This document shows, piece by piece, positions 11,300-24,231 of a stretch of 32,492 bases of DNA. Each line of letters opens with the position of its first letter. Within the stretch, counting starts at the first letter, position 1. The stretch spans positions 1-32,492 of the forward strand of contig CBFFRP010000458.1 in assembly GCA_965644295.1 (NCBI GenBank). The letters are read 5' to 3'. This stretch comes from Paraphysomonas bandaiensis. Taxonomy: Eukaryota > Protista > Chrysophyceae. The position numbers were made by a program, and so were the translations under genes. The notes below the pieces were generated by a model. It was not told the origin of the DNA. It made no database searches and saw only the letters and a list, made by a program, of their open reading frames with translations.

Positions 11300-12050
11300 A
11301 TAGAGATGTATGTATGTATGTATGTATGTATGTATACACAGCAGCAGATCTGATCGTGTATGAGGGAGGCAACACTTAAGTGATGGAGTTCAGTGATAGA
11401 TAATACATCTCTATGATTCTATTCCATCTGCGGAGGGTGACTGGTATTTGGAGTTAGTAACGTCTGGTGGAAGCTGATCGTATAGTAGCATGAAGGTATA
11501 CATGTGTATGTATGTGTGTGTAGCTATGCAGATATATGTGTATGAGGTGTGTATGTATGTATATCTGTGTATGTGTGTATGTGTATGCGTGTGTATATGC
11601 ATAGAGGCATGTCAATGTATGTGTATGTGTGTATGGCTATAGTTGTATGTGTATGTGATGTATGTGTATAGAATAGTATGCAGGTATACATATGCATGTG
11701 CATGTGTAGCTGTGCAGATATATGTATGATATGTGTATGATGTATGTATATGCATAGAGGCATGCCAATGTATGTGTATGATATGTATGTATAGGTATAG
11801 TTATCTGATATCTATACTTATAAGAGGCATATCAATGTATGTATATGATACATGTGTATATGTGTATGAGGCATATGAGATCTTTGTATATATATGATAT
11901 ATGTGTATAGGTATAGTTATCTGATATGTATACATAGATGAGGTATACATAGTGTGATGTGTGTGTATAAGTGTAGTTATGAGATATATATGTCTACTAT
12001 GGAATATCTCGTTGTAGTGGTATAGTGTCGTATGCTGTAGTGGAGTTGTT
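11300..12050. repeat. Low-complexity TATG/TGTA-derived degenerate repeat region
   Basis: Short (TATG)n at about 11306-11334, plus recurring agaggcat(g/a)(t/c)caatgtatgt blocks near 11603, 11756 and 11823. Confidence 0.8.
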
Positions 12051-12147
12051 TTCAACTCGTGATAATATATCATTTTATAACGTTATCTTCTATCAGAGTG
12101 AGTGAAGCCAACATCCCGTCGATCCTTCACGAGTCAAGACTATTTCC

Positions 12148-14738
12148 ATGACTTCAAGAGTGAAACTTCCCACGGGGTGGAAAGTTGTGTTAGATAATAA
12201 CGATTGTGAGAAAGTTATTGTATCTTATAAGAGAAGTAGCGCAACGGAAGAAAAGGAGGTGCTGGATTTAGTGAACTCCAAATGTAGTGCTCGGGAGGAC
12301 CGAAAGATTATTTTGATGGAGTATGTGCAGTGCATTAAACGAGCCAAGGTGAGATACGCGTGCATCGTATCTCGCTGTGCCATTGTCGACGAGTTTGTGT
12401 TGGATATTATCATCATGCTTTGCACGTAGGATCTGCGTGGCGCGAAGGGGAGGTCTCATCGATCCAGCGAGGTTCGTACCTGCATTGGTGGTAGGGTGTT
12501 TATAACAGCATATGTACAGGCGGAGTCAGCAAGTAGTCGTACTCCGTCTGCACGAGTCTCCGCCCAGTCTATTCGGACTCCGCCCTCTGAGTCAGTTGCG
12601 GCTCATAAAGAGACTGCGACCGAGTCCGACACGAAGATGGAAGTGCCCTATCCTAAGAAACCTGCCCCTGGAGTGTATCTTCGTTGTCATCATTGCAGTA
12701 AAAGCGTTTCCACAAGTAAGAGTGGGCTAGCACTTCATGAGAAGAAATGCTCCAGCAACCCAGATAACACTAAAGCGAACTCTCCTACCGGTAAGAAGGG
12801 GAACTCCAAGCAACGCATCAATTCTGCTGCCACTTCGATAGATAACTCATCAACCGGTGCACTTTCTAAGAAAGGGCGTGTTCGTAATGCGAAGCTGGCT
12901 GTTGAGGCCAATTGCAGTGAGAGCAAAGATGAGAGTGGTATCAAGAATGTAGGCGTTACTCAAAAGCGATCTGCTCCTGATACGACGTCGGAGCAACTAG
13001 TAGGCCACAACAAAAGAGGCAAACCATCAGAGGAGTCTAGTGCAAGTGGGGCTATTCCCAAGCGACCTGGAAGTGAGATCAAACGCGTTGTAGCCGGTAA
13101 ACGGAGAGCGAAAGGGAAATTACCCGCTCCACCTGTTGATAGTGGATGTGGTCTACCTCGACCGGATGTTCTTAGTGCTTACCTAGCAGGTGTAGAGGGA
13201 TGCGTTTTAGGAGGCAGACGGAGGGATCGACATATTCCCCGCGATTGCGACTCTTACACGGCTAACATGAAGAAGTACCAAGATAACCTTCTGGATCAAT
13301 ACCAATCTGAGTGTTTTATCGAATGGCTTACGCTGTTACACACTAATCGGAGTATTCTTTGCTACGGCGTAGGGTGTAAGGAGCCTCTTCTTGTTCGCTT
13401 TGCGACGGAAATGCTAGACGGTGAAGATGTACTGGAGCTTAATGCTAAGCGTCATGAGAGTGGAGATATGGCTGATTCGTCGTCTTCTCGACAGCCTAGC
13501 ACACCTAGTGGTGTCGAGGTGTTATGGAATATGTTTCGCATGATCCGAAGGGAGGTACTGAAAGTCAAGGAAAAAGACAGAGAGACATCCTTCAAGAATA
13601 GTGGGTATGAGGACAAGCCCTGGAGACTCGTTCATGATGCCCGTATTATTTCAGGTGCTGTCATATGAGTACTTGAGAATTTGCGCTAACACTGATTATA
13701 GAATTGCTCTGCAGACACTATAAATGGTATAGGACAACTTCCGGAAGAGCTCAAATGCTCTCGTCTCGTTCTGGAAACCTCGTTGGTCAGGACGAGGAGT
13801 CCTTAGTAGACAGGTATATAGATGGCGATGACGCGGTGCCTCAGACTTCCGAGGTTGACACTTGTGAGGATGAAGTAGTTTCTTCAAAAGGACAAGACCA
13901 GGATGATAGACAGAGCGAGGTAGGGAGTGTAGGACCAGTAAACGAGCGACGTACACTTCGTAGTAATACTACTATCAGTGGTAACGACAAGGTGCTAAAT
14001 CCCCATTACGATAACAATATTAACCGTCTCTATCTGGTTATACACAACATCGAGGATGCATTCCCGGTTGTACTTCCCTCTAATAGTCGCGTCGTTCCTG
14101 ACTTGTGCTCTCAGCTAGAAGTTCAGACCGCCCTTAGTATTTTAATGTCGTGCCCAGTGGTGTCAGCGATAGCCTCCATGACATCTTTGAACACCCCTCT
14201 ACATTTAGGCTGGGATACAAAGATGATGGCCTTGTTTCAGTGGGTTACTTTTCATACCCCAACATTTATTAACCACGATCCCCTGCCTGAAGTCATGCAA
14301 GCATGTGTGTCAGCTTCCACCCGTAGCGGTGCGGAAAGCTCACGAGGAGCGTTTGCACTCAAGTATATTCTCAGGAGTTTGACTCAAAAGCACTGTTCTA
14401 TATTGCAGTATCTTCTGAAACATCATATTTCTGAGAGTGGAAAGAGAAAAGAGGGAAGCAGTGACACCGCCAGTGACACGAAGGCATCGCTTGCATCATC
14501 CACAAAGGTGACAGGCATACCGTGGATCATATTTTATGAATATTGTAAGAAACATATGATAATTACAACAGACCACGATTCTGCATTGCGACAGTTAGTC
14601 AGTGAATTAAAAGATCAGCGCATTGTTAAGACATATTGTGATAGTGACAATGCAATGCATGTGGCTTTAGTATTATCTCCATCTGAAATTCAAAGTGCTT
14701 TGCTTTATTTCGGAATTGCTGACAGCAGCAGTGTATAG
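12148..14738 (+). CDS. ORC2: Origin recognition complex subunit 2 (4 exons) with a long N-terminal extension
   Basis: Exons 12148-12348, 12430-12471, 12520-13654 and 13702-14738. ORC2 motifs: SILCYGVGCK, LYLVIHNIE, IASM..LNTPL.LGWD, FQWVTFHTPTF, LKYILRSLT, and the winged-helix segment SALRQLVSELKDQRIV. Confidence 0.88.
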
Positions 14739-16990
14739 TAAATAGTAAAAAATAATATACTTCTACTTTTGTAATTGTAGACAGCTATCGGTTCTGCCAC
14801 TGTATAAAACATTAAATATGTTTAACTAGATAATGAACACGTATCTTAGGTATTTATATGTGAAAGTGTACTCAATGGTGTGAGAAAGCTTGCAGTAGGT
14901 TATTCTTCGACCTCACTGAATCTCCATGCAGGGATAACTAACATAATATTCAATATATTGTCAGCCATTGTCAAGGCAATCAATTAGAAACCAATACAAG
15001 TCATCATAAATATAAAAGGAGATATTATCACTTAGTACTACGTTCATTATACCGGAGTCGCAAAGTAGATTGCACCGGAGTTGCCTACCGCAGGTTGTAG
15101 TCAAGTAATTACAGTTATTAGCTTTCAGTCAACTGTCATTTTATTCCAGAGGCGGCTATTCTTCATAAATGATTTAGATCTGCTTCTGCAGTTGTCTGGC
15201 TTTCTAACAGACGTTGTCAATAACTATCTTTTCAGAATTAGTGAATTATGTCATTCATTTCTCAGTCATAGAATGAACATGATAAAGGTCTTATAGTAAG
15301 TTTCAACCTTCAACTAGCGACATGTAGATTGCACCGCTTATGTAGTAATTAATATACGCACTCAAATTATATCTTGTCAATATCTAATAGAAGGTATTAG
15401 AAATATATCTACCCCATTCCAAGAGCCTGCTCTAGTAAAGTGCTAGTGTTGATTAAAGTGAGCAATGTAAAGATTTTTATTAAAATGGCGGAGTATTTTC
15501 TGTGTGTAGTGCCAGCAAGCTCCAGTGATCTACATTATACTTGCCTACTTCATACATGATTATAATAAAGCCCACACACTCTAGGGGAGGAGGGGTCTTA
15601 GCCAATGCCGTGAATTACATATACTGAGTCATGCATGATCACGAGAAGCTCGGTGTAATCTTTGTTAGGGAATGGGAAGATAAACATGGTCTATGCGAAT
15701 TACATACATAAGTCTTGTGTCTTGTATAGTTATAACAAACCCCGCAAAATGTGAAGGCAAACACGGATGGGGCTGTAGGGTGGCTCGGACAGAATCTGTG
15801 CGTGGTCTATATGATCAGCAAAATGGTGAACGGGTGACTGCGTAGATTCAGCCCAAATCTTGGTGTTATATGTGGTGTTAGAATCAGCCTACACTATGAC
15901 CACCCTGTTGGAATGGGGCGATTTTAATCAATTGTGTAATGGGGCGATTTTAATTGATGGACAATTACTTGAAGCAGTTAGTAGTCGGTTATTGACATAT
16001 TGACAGTGAATGTATGGTAAGCTGGCCTTGATACATAGTAGCAGTAGTTACTATACGCTATATATATATGTCAGATGCAATGATTATATTCTAGGCTATC
16101 TTCTTAATAGCCTCATTCTAAGGAGATTCCTAATGTTAGTGTTGATTAAACTAAGCAATACATAGCTCTTTATTAAAATCCCGGCATATTAATTGTGTGT
16201 AGTGTCAAACTAGCTGCAGCAATATATACACTGTACACTATACGTACATAGCCCATATATAGTTACGATAAGCTCTATTCATTGTAGAGGAGGAGGGTTG
16301 CTGCTGTCATGGTGGGCCTGTACGAGTCATACATAGTCCTGTAAGCTCTGTGTAATGCTCATTAGGAGGAATGAGACAGTAGAGTAGCTATCATATGATC
16401 TTCAGGAGATCTATACGATGTGATCAGTTAAGATGGTGGTTAAATGGATGTGTTGGTGGTTATATATGGGCTATAGCCGTACTGTTGCAATGATGCACTC
16501 ATAAAGTATATATATATATGAGTACACCACTTCTAATGGTCAAACAATGCATTAGTTTATCTAATACAGATGTATCGTCGTGGATATAATCAATTGTGTT
16601 GCAATATGTTGCAGTTCTCTATCATATAACAGCATCGCATCTCTATATGAGCATGTCTACAGGCTTTAACGGTCCAATACACGTACAAGATAATACGGGG
16701 GGGTGAGTACTTACGTATGTTTTCATAGGTAGAAATAACCGGAAGTGAGATCAGAATTAACGGATGTTAACCAACCGGTAATTCCTACCTGATACACGGG
16801 AGGTGGGTGTCTACGTATATTTTCATAGGTAGAAATAACCGGGAGTGACAGTTGACTTATCGGGAGAAGAGTTCCAGGAAATGATATGAATGTTGCAGAT
16901 AGATGTATAGACGGAAAGATCCATTGCACTTAAATAGGAATTAGAACATAACTATCCTCTCTATATTCAATCTACTGTATTCAAGTCAAC

Positions 16991-19410
16991 ATGCTTGCAT
17001 CTCAGATATCATCATTAGTATCACGATTATCTTCTATTGCATGTAGAGTCAATTGCAATATAAACACTGAACACACTGTAAATGTAAGCAAAACAGATAC
17101 TATCAGTACCTGTATTGGCTGTAACAGACAATGTGATAAGGAATCTCTTGCAATAGTGTGTCCGTATAAGCACTGTATGACAGTATACTGTAAGAGTTGT
17201 GCATTGGAACATATTTATAGTCAAGTAGTCACATCTTTTCAGTTTCATATTCGATGTGCCTCATGTCACCTTCACTGGAATGATAATCTATGGTTAGGTA
17301 CATTGAAATACAGTGCTTCTAGTGAAGTATACAAATATGACCAGCTCTATAAACAAGTCGTTGCTGAATTACAACTACATATGAATTCTAAATATGGTCA
17401 CGTTATATTGAAGTCTAAGATCAGCAAGAAAGAAGTGTTTGATACACTCTCTGAATTAGTAGATACAGTTTGTGGAGATGAAAATAATAGATCAAGTGAA
17501 GTACCTGCCCCTTGTGAAAGCGGTGTCAACTGCTCAGTAAACGATGGTGATTTCGCTCATCATCATAGCATGGTAGATCGTCATAATACAAAAGCTTCCC
17601 GCCTTGCAGTACACTGTAAGTTATTAATCACTTGTTTTGTGTCTGTAAAGGATTTGATCAACAGATTTCACGGGTATAGAGAGTGCCTTACAAGTGACAT
17701 GCCCGGGATGTAATTTTTCTGTCGTCCTTCTGCAAGGTATTGAAACTGGTCATGAGATGGTGTTGGACAGCTATAGAAAGTCGACAAATAGAATTTTAAT
17801 GAAAATTGCTGGCTCTCTACACAAGAATCAATTTACACTAATAACTGCTATTGTTAAACTTGTACATGATCAGGTAGCTATTTTGTGTCAATTTGCTGTA
17901 CTCTATAGTGCGATATAACATTCCTGCAGATAGCCCCGATGGATTTCATTACGATTATGGAAGAGTATTTCATTTCCCACTGTCCGTTTAAGAAAGTAAG
18001 TTTTTAATAAATATCTTACACTTGGAAATTTACTGTGTTTACAGCGTGAAGCACTTTTGGAAACAGTTAGCAAGGGTATCATGAATAATACTCAACGTTA
18101 CACAGATCTCATATCTCTCATTCCGTACAAGTCATTGCGAGTAGATACTGCATTGGCACTCCTGCGTCGCTACCCAAATATAAGACTGCGATGCTGCCGG
18201 CAACCATTAAGCTTTAAGTGTGGACTCACTTCTGAGAAGGACTCGGTGAATATAGGAGGTGGTGACGTATCTACGTTGACTTTGTTGCCAGTGGTCGAGA
18301 CACGGAACAGTGTAATTAGAGAAATCGTGGTCCTAACGTCCCAACCAACACGGAGTTTTTCAGGCTGTTCGCGTACTTTTAACTGTAGTGTTTGCTTAAG
18401 CCAGTGTGATCGAGCCGAGCGGTTTATGGCCTGCGTGAACACTCAGTGTTCCCGTACTGTATGCAAGACGTGTATGCTAGAGTATGTAGACTCCCTAGTA
18501 GAGTCAACACGTTATTCTCTACCTGTGATCGCCTGTGTGTGCTGCAAGAGCAGAATTCCCACAGCTTGGTGGAAATCAGAGCTCAGGAGAGCTGGCAAGG
18601 GTGCAGAGAAACATAACGCCGCTATTGAATTAATATGGACCAAATGTAAGAAAGTCGCAGGCGCTATACTAGCGTCGTAATTAAGTAGTATACAAATGTT
18701 GCAGATATAAAAAATGACAAAAATATGCGCAAAATGCGCTGTTCCGAGTGCGATGGAACGCATACGCTTTTCTCTATGAATCCCCATCCTGAAAACGCTA
18801 ATCGAAAGGAAATACTTTGCAAAGCTATTGATGAAATAGCAGGAGGTGATCGTCTTCTCGAGATTTACCTGGCCAAATTATTGCGCGACTTTACACGGGC
18901 AACGGTATGCGACCAATGTTTTAATTTATTGTGCTGATTGGATTATTATAGATAACGCCCGATGCTTTTATTCAGGGTTTAGAAGATTTTTTTTTGAAAT
19001 GTGATTCCACAGAGAGTCTAAAGAAAAGAATCGCTGAAGGTATAATGCACCATAGCTCCCAGTTTAGGCGAATCATATTCGCGATTGCGGATGAAGAGAG
19101 ACGTGGGTCTGCATTTAATTCGTTACTATTAAGGTATCCAAAGCTAAAATCTCGATGCGGTGGTGAGTACTGCTTTACCTGCAAGATAGCATCTTTCCAT
19201 GTAGGAGTTACATGCACCGAACGATTACGCAGTGAGCAAAATATTGAGGTGCGAACTACGACCTACTCTCTTAGATATTCAAAAATTGACTTTTGTGGTG
19301 GTATATTTTAGGCGCAATACTGTCCCTCCTGTCGTGTACCCACTGTCAGGTCAGAGGGATGTAGCAGTATTCTTTGCGTATGCGGTGCGCATTGGAATTG
19401 GAAAACATAG
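16991..19410 (+). CDS. RBR (RING-IBR-RING)-like E3 ubiquitin ligase with a duplicated RING1/IBR module (7 exons)
   Basis: Exons 16991-17615, 17665-17873, 17930-17995, 18045-18645, 18705-18904, 18952-19248 and 19312-19410, GT-AG and in frame. Two RING1-like clusters, an IBR half CGGEYCFTCKIASFHVGVTC, and an Rcat-like end YCPSCRVPTVRSEGCSSILCVCGAHWNW. Confidence 0.82.
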
Positions 19411-19873
19411 CCTTAACGTATATACCATTATACACGTTGTGTACAGCATACATATGCTTACAAATGTCATTCTTGAGTGCAATTTGGAAGATCTGTTAGA
19501 TAACTCGCCACCATCATCATGTTATATTTCTAATGTTTATTGAATTTCTTATTTATTAGTTGTTAAATATTACATATAGTAGTTTAATGCAACTCTGAAT
19601 GAAATACTGTTATTTACCTCATAACTACGTATGCTCGAAAGTATAGCCATCCTAGAGCAGTGTACGGTCTAGCATCTATTTCATTACGATAAAGAATTAG
19701 ATCACTTCACCTAGTAGAAGAAATGGGAGTGCAGCGTTAGAATCGTTTACAGTAGAGACAAATCTCAGCTGTCAGAATATTTTATCATGACGTTAAAGAA
19801 GCGACTACAAAACGACATGTCTATGCCACTCAAATAGAGAACAACAATAACCAAAATTATCTTATATATATAA

Positions 19874-21708
19874 CTATGCATCGAATGTCGCCTGTTTCCC
19901 TCTTTCGTTCCCTTTCTTCTTAGGCTTTCGTTTTTTGCGATCCACCGCAAGCAAAATTTGATGTGATGCACGCTTGACTTTGTCTCTTGTAAGCTCATCG
20001 TCATCAATATCTTGTAGTGGCGCCTCTTCAGACACATACGTACTGTCGGCATCCTCATCCAACAAAGATAGCTCAATACGCTGGTTGAAAGGGCGGGTTG
20101 CAGATATATCAAACTCACTCTCCACTGCTGGTCCCTCATCTTTGCTTTCAGCCTCCGTTGAGAACATCTTGAGGCGCCGTTGCTCTTCCAAGGCGGCCTT
20201 GTGCCTTTTCATCACATTTGACAAACACAACTCACATTCACGCAACACTTCGGCCACAGTATCGTCTGTTAGCTCCACCTTTCTCCCTCCGACCTCTTCG
20301 CGTACACTCTCCACCTTCTCCTGGAGATGACCGACACCTGCCTTCATCGCAATAAGTCCCTTGCTCAATCGTTCATATTTGAGGCGGGATCTCTCAAGTC
20401 GAGCGGCACTATTGGCCAGCTGGTCCTCGTGGTCGTCCACCATTTTGCGCCTGTGACCTCCACCAACACCAGAGTACTTGATCTCTTCCACTCTACTCTT
20501 AAGGCGCCGCTTCTGCTCGTTCAGAGTTTCGATCTTGCTCGCGTTTTCACGGGTAAGCGAAATAAGATTTTCTGTTGTTCCTTCTTGAGAGACAATTTTC
20601 TGGATGACTTCATTTACATCAGACACTCCAGTCGCCTCCTTTATCTTCCGGAACGCGTTTTCAAATATGTCAATCTTGTTACGGGTCTCGATTCTTTCCT
20701 TGGCGATCATGTTCGCAGTCGCGTTTTGAATAGCTTGTTGAGCTGACGTGTCTCCACCAAACCCACTAGTTTGACCCGTGAGCTGATTTCGCATTTTCTC
20801 CCGCTGCTTCATGCGTTCAAGCATCTGTCGTCGCACCTGAACCATCTGATGGCTTTCACGTAGCTCCTTCTCCCTCTGTTTGCGCTCTTCTTGGTATCCT
20901 GCTCGGACACGATCCAGCTCATTGAGAGCGACTTCACGAGCATGATTCGCGTCGCCTGCAAGAAGCATAAGCTCCTCATAGTCCCTCTGTTTCGTCCCGA
21001 GTGTGCGCTCTATGGCCTGTAACTGGTTGTCGAAGCCAATCCGCTCTTCTTTCAGACGTTTAACTATCTGCTCATAAGTTTTGCGGATGCTCTGCGCTTC
21101 ATTATACTTTATCATTGCCTTGTCTAACTTATTCTCGAGGGCTCTAATTCTACGAGTGTACTGGTTGTCCTCCATGTGTGGGCGTCTACTCTCCAGTTCC
21201 AAATCTTTAACCTGATCTATCAAGCCATCAAGCTGTACTCGCAATCGACCTGACTTTAGCTTATAGTCATCATGAGCTTTCCTCATACGCTCAAGTTCCT
21301 TTTCAACATGCTTTTGCTCTTGTGCCTTGTCCTCAGAGTCCACAGTCTGATATAAGGTGAGTGTGAGGTATACAGATATATTAGGACACATACTCTCTGT
21401 AGTTGAGCTAATTTAGCTCTTAATTCCTTATTCTCATCTCGAAGTCTTCGTATATCCTCTTTATTAGCTGATTTATTTGCTTCAAGAATATCGATATTAA
21501 TCTTACGGTCCCCCTCTGTAATAACAGTCAATCAGCTGTATGTATGTACATATAGTATGTATCTGTGTGCATGTATGTATGTATGTGTATCATTAGACAG
21601 TATGTTATAACAGTATCATAATAACTTACGAAGGACACGCATTCTCTCTCTGAGATCCTCCATATGCTCATTAACTGAGATCTCCTCTTTCGTTAATGTT
21701 TTCATCAT
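19874..21708 (-). CDS. CCDC151: Outer dynein arm docking complex coiled-coil subunit, CCDC151/ODAD3 (ODA-DC1-like) family (3 exons)
   Basis: Exons 21708-21630, 21515-21394 and 21346-19874. Hallmark segments IRALENKLDKAMIKYNEAQSIRKTYEQIVKRLKEERIGFDNQL and FENAFRKIKEATGVSDVNEVIQK. Confidence 0.85.
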
Positions 21709-22249
21709 GTTTATATATATATATACAATTATTCAATATGAGAAACACGTTAATATGTATACTGACACCACGTGAATAGAATCCAATCTATGGATGTGAC
21801 GTTAAGGGAGTAGTGGTGTATTTATGAGGATGTGAACACACCTTACTGATAATAGTAACTCTCAAGTGATATATATGCATAACGAACGCAGACAACAGCA
21901 GCGTATACATACATACATAGCTATATACAGCAGACAGTAGGATATAGTATACAGCAGTACATGTTGAAATATATTCAAATAATCCTGAAATTTTATAAAA
22001 ATATAGGATTTTTGTGTATAAAAACGAACAACTTTGCCTTGCTCTAATTTTATCTTCTCAAATTATAAGCTTGAATACAAAAACCACAATTTATAAAAAC
22101 AAATCAGGGTTTTTTATGATTGTAGTTTTCATAGAATACAAAAAGCCATGAAAAAAGGGAGCATATCGCAGGATCGAACTGATGCAAAACTCAAATTTGA
22201 GTGTACAGGCTTCAGAAAGTTGTCTAGCCAGCCGACATGCGGCCGATTA

Positions 22250-23567
22250 ATTCAAGAGTTTGCTGCAGGAAACCTTAAGCTCACGTATATGGTTTGTATT
22301 ATAGAAATGTATTATAATCCCCATGTTTTTATACAGCACAAAGATAGAGTTACATAAAAGGAGGAATTTTATGTCCACCGGTGGCATTAAAATAAGGTAT
22401 TTATAGCCATAGGTGCTATAAATAGGGTTACAATACATTTATAGTGCCATATTTCCACCTTTTGACACCGCAGTGATAGACTCACTCAAGTATTGCTGTG
22501 TGTATCCCGATCTTCACAGTCGCCGATTGATTCGACACTATTGTGTGTTAATAATGTGTGTGATGTAGTTGAGTTTTATATTGGGGAGAGCTGGCCAACG
22601 ATTCCTGTAATGCCACTCCTTCATAGGTGTACCATTAGTTGGATGTGCATCTCATAGCCTGAATCTTGCTGTCAATGAATTCATCGCTGCTTCCAAGGTG
22701 CGCTTTCAATGTGCTTATAGTCAAGGTTATAGTCAAGTGAATCTCTATGAATGCCGGAACCTTTTTGATGGATGATGAGAGACTTCCCGGTTACGTATCC
22801 TCTATCTCCTAAAGAAAAGCAGTTCCATTGTTAATGATCAGAATTTTGAGAATGAAATTGAAAAATTTCAAGGAGGCGAAGAATATACTTTTTGAAAAGA
22901 AGTGAGAAAGAGTTGTTAGAATATACTCCTTTCTCACGGTGATGGAAACAATACAGATGATGATGAAGCTGATGTTTGCTATATGTGGAGAAAATAATTC
23001 AGTCAGCCCTAAAAAAGAAACGAATAGTTGAAATATCGAAGTACAGGTGCACGAGTCATGTTGTATGTACTTCCAATACATGTGAACACCTGTTTGGTGC
23101 AGCTAAACTTATTATCTCAGTGTTGCGAAAAAGTATGCATCCTACTACACGCAATATGATGCAGTCTCTGAAAGCTAATCGATGCATGCATATTTCGATT
23201 TATTTGAATGAATGTGGTGATGATGACGGATGCCTACGATAATGAGTATGAGGAAAGCTGTGATTCTCTAAGTAGTAGGTAGTCTTCGCTTGGTAGCGTA
23301 GTGGGTTTGGCTAATCATGTGAACTTAATGACTGGTACTAAAAATGATATCTACGCATGTGTTTATTTGCTGAATAATGATACTAATATATTGCAACAGT
23401 ATTGTTGGGCCGGTTAAAAAATTCCATCAATATATTATTGGTTTGATGCTATCGAACAATAGTATATGCATGTAAATGTATGTGCATGCCAATGTGATCC
23501 TGCCAACTTACAATAATTTTGTACCCTAAACAACTAAACAATACCAATATATTTTTGACTACCCCTG
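22250..23567 (+). mobile_element. Degenerate hAT-family DNA transposon with a probable right TIR
   Basis: GVPLVGCASHSLNLAV (CxxH motif, about 22625-22675) and the dimerisation-domain relic TSNTCEHLFGAAKLI...RKSMHP...LKANR (about 23070-23182), with many stops and frameshifts. ttttgactacccctg ending at 23567 reads CAGGGGTAGTCAAAA on the minus strand, a hAT-like terminus. The left boundary was not found. Confidence 0.82.
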
Positions 23568-23855
23568 ATGTTAACATAGGTCGATCATCAGTTTTGATAT
23601 TATATAGTATTTATATGTATCTTTCTTCCAAGGGATATAACTAAGAGTGTTTTGGGGGTGTTTTGACGTTATAAAGTGAATTTTCTTTTTTATTTAAAAT
23701 CCTAAAATTTAGATCACAATACCTCTCAAAACATCCTTATTATATATTATATATCACATATTATAAACACTATAGATATAAATAGGGGTGCAGTCAGTGA
23801 ATGCGACCAGTGTGTACAACTACTACAGACTACCACTCTATACCACCAGTGTGTA

Positions 23856-24231
23856 CTAGTACAGATACGAAGAATCCGCTTCCTCCCACTGTGTGTGTAC
23901 ATCCAAGTATCCACCCCTAGCAGCCAAACTACAAGTTTCTTCATCCAATGGACATGGAGGGTCCTGTGAACGAAGCCACTTCAGAACATCTAACTGTCGC
24001 ACCAGCAGCCCACATGCAGGTGTCTTCATCCCATGGACATGGAGGGCTGTGAACGAAGTCACTTCAGAACATCTAACTGTCGACACCAGCAGCCCACATG
24101 CAGGTGTCTTCATCCCATGGACATGGAGGGTCCTCTGAACGAATCCACATCAGAATATCCAAGTGGCCACCACAAACTGCAGCATTGCAAGTACTTTCAC
24201 CCCATGGACATGGAGAGTCTTGTGAACGAAG
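23856..24231 (-). pseudogene. Decayed 3' continuation of the ankyrin array (about 4 further repeats, with frameshifts)
   Basis: After the TGA the frame continues LRSQDSPCPWGESTC...PPCPWDEDTCMW, then small indels, and ends GGYLDVHTQWEEADSSYLY*. Confidence 0.8.

Noticed and set aside
15480-15600. Minus-strand HWSLLAL resembling a Ulp1 protease motif
   Set aside because: The frame is short and bounded by stops, with no other catalytic motifs.
19974-20746. Plus-strand ORFs inside CCDC151
   Set aside because: Antisense to a well-conserved gene, with no recognisable motifs.
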